Made by a program: the position numbers and the translations under genes
Assembly (NCBI RefSeq): GCF_000175255.2
Contig: NC_017262.1
Span: forward strand, 60,001 to 92,000
DNA length: 32,000 nucleotides
Direction of reading: 5' to 3'
From: Zymomonas mobilis subsp. mobilis ATCC 10988
GTDB taxonomy: Bacteria; Pseudomonadota; Alphaproteobacteria; Sphingomonadales; Sphingomonadaceae
Notes under the pieces: model-generated
The model's input: the letters and a program-made list of their open reading frames with translations, nothing else
Database searches by the model: none
Told to the model about the DNA's origin: nothing
Shown: positions 28,713-32,000 of the stretch, piece after piece
Layout: each line of letters starts with the position of its first letter
How positions within the stretch are numbered: position 1 is the stretch's first letter

Positions 28713-29894
28713 CTAGGATGCCTCTATGCTGACATAGTCGGAAATCTGATACAGCTTTTCCGTGATATCCTGTCCGATGCCCGGCAATTCCGGCACTTTA
28801 TAGCGGCCTTTGACCGGCTGATAATTATGCACACAAAGCTCTTCATATTCAGGCAGCAAAGTCTTTTGGTGATGCTCATGAATACAGAAATTCGGGATAG
28901 CAATTTCTGCATGTAAAGAGGCGGCTTCGGCTACACCTGTGCCTGCGACATGTGCCTGTACTGTGACTTCAAAAATATGCGCCATATCGGCAATTTTTTT
29001 AAATTCAGTGAATCCACCACAAGTTCCCAAATCGGGCTGAATAACATCGATTGAGCGGTCTTCAAGGAAAGGCAGGAATCCCCAGCGCGAGTAAATTCTT
29101 TCACCTGATGCCAAAGGAATATCTATCTTCCTCTTGGCCTCTTTCAAAAGACGAGGATTGAGGGGGGTATTAATTTCTTCATAGAAAAAGATATTGAATT
29201 CTTCGATCGCTTTCGCAAATTGAATCGCGCTGACAAGATCGGTATGGCCATGATTTTCGACAATAATATCGACATCAGGTCCCACGGCATTCCGAATAGC
29301 TTCGACGCGCTCTACACCGATTTTAATCGTTTCAGAGGGAAGGGGGCCTTCAAGAAAAACACCTTCTCGGCTACCATTTCGATCATGAGCCAAAACATCG
29401 ACTTTGACGGCATCATAACCTTCTGCGACCGCTTTCAAGGCTTCTTCTGCATATTCTTCTTTACGGCCTTTCGATTTGCGCTCTTTTCCCCATCCAAACT
29501 GTAACTGCGAAGCATATACTCTTAAGTCTTCACGATTTTTACCGCCCAGAAGTTTATAAACCGGCAAATTCAAGGCTTTCCCTTTGATATCCCAAAAAGC
29601 GATATCAAAAGCGGATATGCCAGAGAAAATAACGGTTCCACCCCCTTGTCCCCAAAAGGTTTTTTTGAAGAGCTTTTCCCAAATAGCCTCAGTGTTAAAG
29701 GGATCTTCGCCTATTAAAAGAGCCGCATAATCTTTTAAAATACCAGCCGCCGCACTGCCGCCAACACCATAGGCAATACCGGCTTCACCAAGACCATAGA
29801 TACCTTCATCCGTAGAGACTTTTACGAGAATAGGACGCTGACCGGATTGGGGGCGGGTATGAACATGAAATATTTCAATTTTGGTAATCTTCAT
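28713..29894 (-). CDS. Enolase-superfamily (mandelate racemase/muconate lactonizing-like) enzyme, probable sugar-acid dehydratase
   Basis: YDAVKVDVLA, DIIVENHGHTD, FYEEINTPLN, LASGERIYSRW, DVIQPDLGTCGG and VQAHVAGTGV match the ordered metal/acid-base residues of MR-subgroup enzymes. Confidence 0.88.
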   Translation of the reverse strand: MKITKIEIFHVHTRPQSGQRPILVKVSTDEGIYGLGEAGIAYGVGGSAAAGILKDYAALLIGEDPFNTEAIWEKLFKKTFWGQGGGTVIFSGISAFDIAFWDIKGKALNLPVYKLLGGKNREDLRVYASQLQFGWGKERKSKGRKEEYAEEALKAVAEGYDAVKVDVLAHDRNGSREGVFLEGPLPSETIKIGVERVEAIRNAVGPDVDIIVENHGHTDLVSAIQFAKAIEEFNIFFYEEINTPLNPRLLKEAKRKIDIPLASGERIYSRWGFLPFLEDRSIDVIQPDLGTCGGFTEFKKIADMAHIFEVTVQAHVAGTGVAEAASLHAEIAIPNFCIHEHHQKTLLPEYEELCVHNYQPVKGRYKVPELPGIGQDITEKLYQISDYVSIEAS

Positions 29895-29931
29895 TTTACA
29901 AGCCTCATTTTGAAATTTTAGTATAAAAAAA

Positions 29932-30654
29932 TTAGATATAATAATTTTTCATTATAAAATTGAGGATTTCATTTTCAAAACAGGCGAAATGTCTGTCTTT
30001 AACTCTTGGCCTTGGAAGGGGAATTTCGCGATCCAGACCAATCTGTCCCTTTTCAAGAGCGATGACACGGTCAGCTAAATAGACGGCTTCACTAACGTCA
30101 TGGGTCACCAATAGAACCGTAAATTTTTGTTCAAGCCATAAGCTTTCAATAAGCTTTTGCATCTGAACACGGGTCAAGGCATCTAACGCACCCAAAGGTT
30201 CATCCAGCAGAAGAATTTTGGGTTTCCCAGCCAAGGCTCTTGCAAGCGAAACGCGTTGACATTGACCGCCAGATAGAATCTCTGGCCACTCGTTTTCTTT
30301 GTCCAGAAGGTTGACCGATTCCAAGGATTCACGGGCGGTCTTTTTATCTCGATCTTTGGCACCCAAACGAACATTGTCGAGAACGCTTCGCCAAGGTAAT
30401 AATCGCGCTTCCTGAAAGAGATAGCGGACAGACGGATTTATTTTTCTTCTTTCTTTTCCATCAATCAGAAGCTGACCGGAAGTTGGGCGTTCCAGATGAG
30501 AAATTAATCGTAAAAGGGTGCTTTTGCCGCAACCGCTTTCTCCGACCAAAGCCACAAATTGCCCTTCTGGAATCGCGATATCGACATCTTTTAAAACTTC
30601 TACCGTTCCAAAATTTTTTCGTAATTTGGAAAGTTGGATAGATATCTTTTCCAT
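29932..30654 (-). CDS. ABC transporter ATP-binding protein, nitrate/sulfonate/taurine type
   Basis: Walker A GESGCGKST, signature LSGGQCQRVSLARALAGKPKILLLDEPLGALD, H-loop VTHDVSEAVYLADR. Confidence 0.95.
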   Translation of the reverse strand: MEKISIQLSKLRKNFGTVEVLKDVDIAIPEGQFVALVGESGCGKSTLLRLISHLERPTSGQLLIDGKERRKINPSVRYLFQEARLLPWRSVLDNVRLGAKDRDKKTARESLESVNLLDKENEWPEILSGGQCQRVSLARALAGKPKILLLDEPLGALDALTRVQMQKLIESLWLEQKFTVLLVTHDVSEAVYLADRVIALEKGQIGLDREIPLPRPRVKDRHFACFENEILNFIMKNYYI

Positions 30655-31488
30655 CTAGCTTTCCTCCAAAATTTTTCTGTAATTTTGATGCCAGCGTAAA
30701 AGATGCTTTTCGATTTTCGCAGCGGCAAAGTCTGAAAAACTGCCCAAAACCGCATAGATAATGAGAGTTAGAACGATAATATCGATCTGCATGAATTCCC
30801 TGGCATTGGTCGCCATATAGCCAATGCCTGATTTGGCAGCCACGGTCTCAGCAACGATCAAGGTGATCCACATTCTGCCCAAAGACTGGCGAATTCCCAC
30901 CATGATAGAAGGGGTTGCACCGGGGAAAATGATATTTTGAAAGGTCTCTCTATGGGTCAATCCATAGACTTTTCCCATTTCCAGCAATTTTTTGTCGATA
31001 TGGCGAATGCCATAAAAACTATTCAGATAAATCGGGAAAAAGCATCCCAAAGCAATCAATATAATTTTGGAAGTTTCTCCCAAGCCAAACCAGATTAAAA
31101 TAAGCGGCAACAAGGCAAGATGCGGCACGTTGCGGATCATCTGAATAGGCGTATTCAATATTTCTTCAGCTATTTTGAATTGGCCGTTCAAAACCCCCAG
31201 CAAAAATCCGATGCCACCACCGATAATAAATCCAGCGATAGCGCGCAGGCTGCTGACCCATAAATTATTCCAAAGAACGCCATTTTTTGTCAGTCTAACC
31301 GTTACATGCCAGACTGACTGGGGCGTCGGAAAAATACTTTCGCTATTCTGTCCTTGGGTAAGAAAAAACCATGCCAACAAGGCTATGATAGGAATCAGAC
31401 AGGGAAAGAGAAATCTATGCCATAGAATAGTCTCAATAGGGAGTGAATTTACCGATTTCAGCCTTAAATGAATCGTCGAAAATTTCAT
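30655..31488 (-). CDS. ABC transporter permease, nitrate/sulfonate/taurine type
   Basis: IWFGLGETSKIILIALGCFFPIYLNSFYGIRH and GRMWITLIVAETVAAKSGIGYM match the SsuC/TauC family. The start may lie downstream of 31488, since the ORF overlaps the end of the substrate-binding gene. Confidence 0.92.
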   Translation of the reverse strand: MKFSTIHLRLKSVNSLPIETILWHRFLFPCLIPIIALLAWFFLTQGQNSESIFPTPQSVWHVTVRLTKNGVLWNNLWVSSLRAIAGFIIGGGIGFLLGVLNGQFKIAEEILNTPIQMIRNVPHLALLPLILIWFGLGETSKIILIALGCFFPIYLNSFYGIRHIDKKLLEMGKVYGLTHRETFQNIIFPGATPSIMVGIRQSLGRMWITLIVAETVAAKSGIGYMATNAREFMQIDIIVLTLIIYAVLGSFSDFAAAKIEKHLLRWHQNYRKILEES

Positions 31489-31821
31489 GGATATCCCCCC
31501 GATTATTTAATAATTTTAAATCATGGAAGGTATCCGCTATGTCTTTTTCAGAAGAGATTGTTTTTTCATCTATCGGTGCCACTCTCGAATGGGATTGTTT
31601 GTTTTCTTGATTTAAAATCTGAAGGAAATCTTCTGGGGTCTGATTATTTTCATTGCTGTAAATTTCGGACCATTCTTCAGGATGTTCTCTCGCCCATTCA
31701 TTGGCTTCGTGATAACGGGCAAGATAATCAACAAGAGCGGCGTGTTTTTTGGGATCATTGATGGCGGCTGGTGTGGCATACCAATAATAATCACCAGACA
31801 GAATTTTCTCTGCGGATTCTA
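31433..31821 (-). pseudogene. C-terminal remnant of an ABC transporter substrate-binding protein (SsuA-like), truncated by IS
   Basis: Manual translation: LESAEKILSGDYYWYATPAAINDPKKHAALVDYLARYHEANEWAREHPEEWSEIYSNENNQTPEDFLQILNQENKQSHSRVAPIDEKTISSEKDIADTFHDLKLLNNRGDIHEIFDDSFKAEIGKFTPY*. The upstream part is replaced by an IS end. Confidence 0.8.
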
Positions 31822-32000
31822 GGCTCAGGACTCATTCTTTGAGATAGAAGATGAAACTTGCTGCGATATGGATTGCTGACATGAATGTGTGAGCGCACCG
31901 GTCGTATCGTGTTGCGACACGCCGCCAGTCTTTGAGCTTTGCGAACATATTTTCGATGAGGTGACGCTTTTTATACAGATGCCAGTCGTAAGGCGGCTTT
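31822..32000 (-). mobile_element. IS5-family element (distinct from the 24682 copy), partial; transposase C-terminus 31832-32000
   Basis: Minus-strand translation: KPPYDWHLYKKRHLIENMFAKLKDWRRVATRYDRCAHTFMSAIHIAASFIFYLKE*. DDE transposase C-terminal motif. Border at TA|GGCTCAGGACTCATTC. Confidence 0.88.

Noticed and set aside
1-32000. CRISPR array, retron, tRNA or rRNA genes
   Set aside because: No regularly spaced direct repeats, reverse transcriptase motifs (YxDD) or recognisable structured RNA genes were seen by eye. Confirmation would need tRNAscan/Infernal/CRISPR finders.

Overview
The window looks like an alphaproteobacterial chromosome segment. Gene content and protein style suggest a Zymomonas/sphingomonad-type genome, but that is inference only. 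Most of it is ordinary housekeeping or metabolic content: queE, murQ, an S10-type serine carboxypeptidase, a GlsB/YeaQ-type membrane protein, an MFS transporter, a three-gene membrane-bound GMC dehydrogenase/cytochrome c complex, a LacI-type regulator, acpP-fabF-mltG, threonine ammonia-lyase, an exported amidohydrolase, an astD-like gene, cobA-type SUMT, a serine palmitoyltransferase with a dedicated ACP-like gene, and guaA. Three insertion events mark the accessory parts. (i) An IS5-family element covers positions 1-366 and truncates a ComF-like phosphoribosyltransferase gene that is translationally coupled (ATGA overlap) to a SLOG/DprA-like Rossmann protein. (ii) A complete 849-bp copy of the same IS at 24682-25530 interrupts a gene with a HEPN-like R-x4-H motif. 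Joining the flanks across the TA duplication restores a continuous 236-aa ORF. (iii) A different IS5-family element at 31822 to the window end truncates the substrate-binding gene of a sulfonate/nitrate-type ABC operon that also carries an enolase-superfamily enzyme and a DUF1847-like protein. The strongest candidates for less-described biology are the PRTase+SLOG pair and the interrupted HEPN-like gene, whose start region lies in a 13-bp inverted repeat that could form an RBS-occluding hairpin. No CRISPR array, rRNA or tRNA was recognised.
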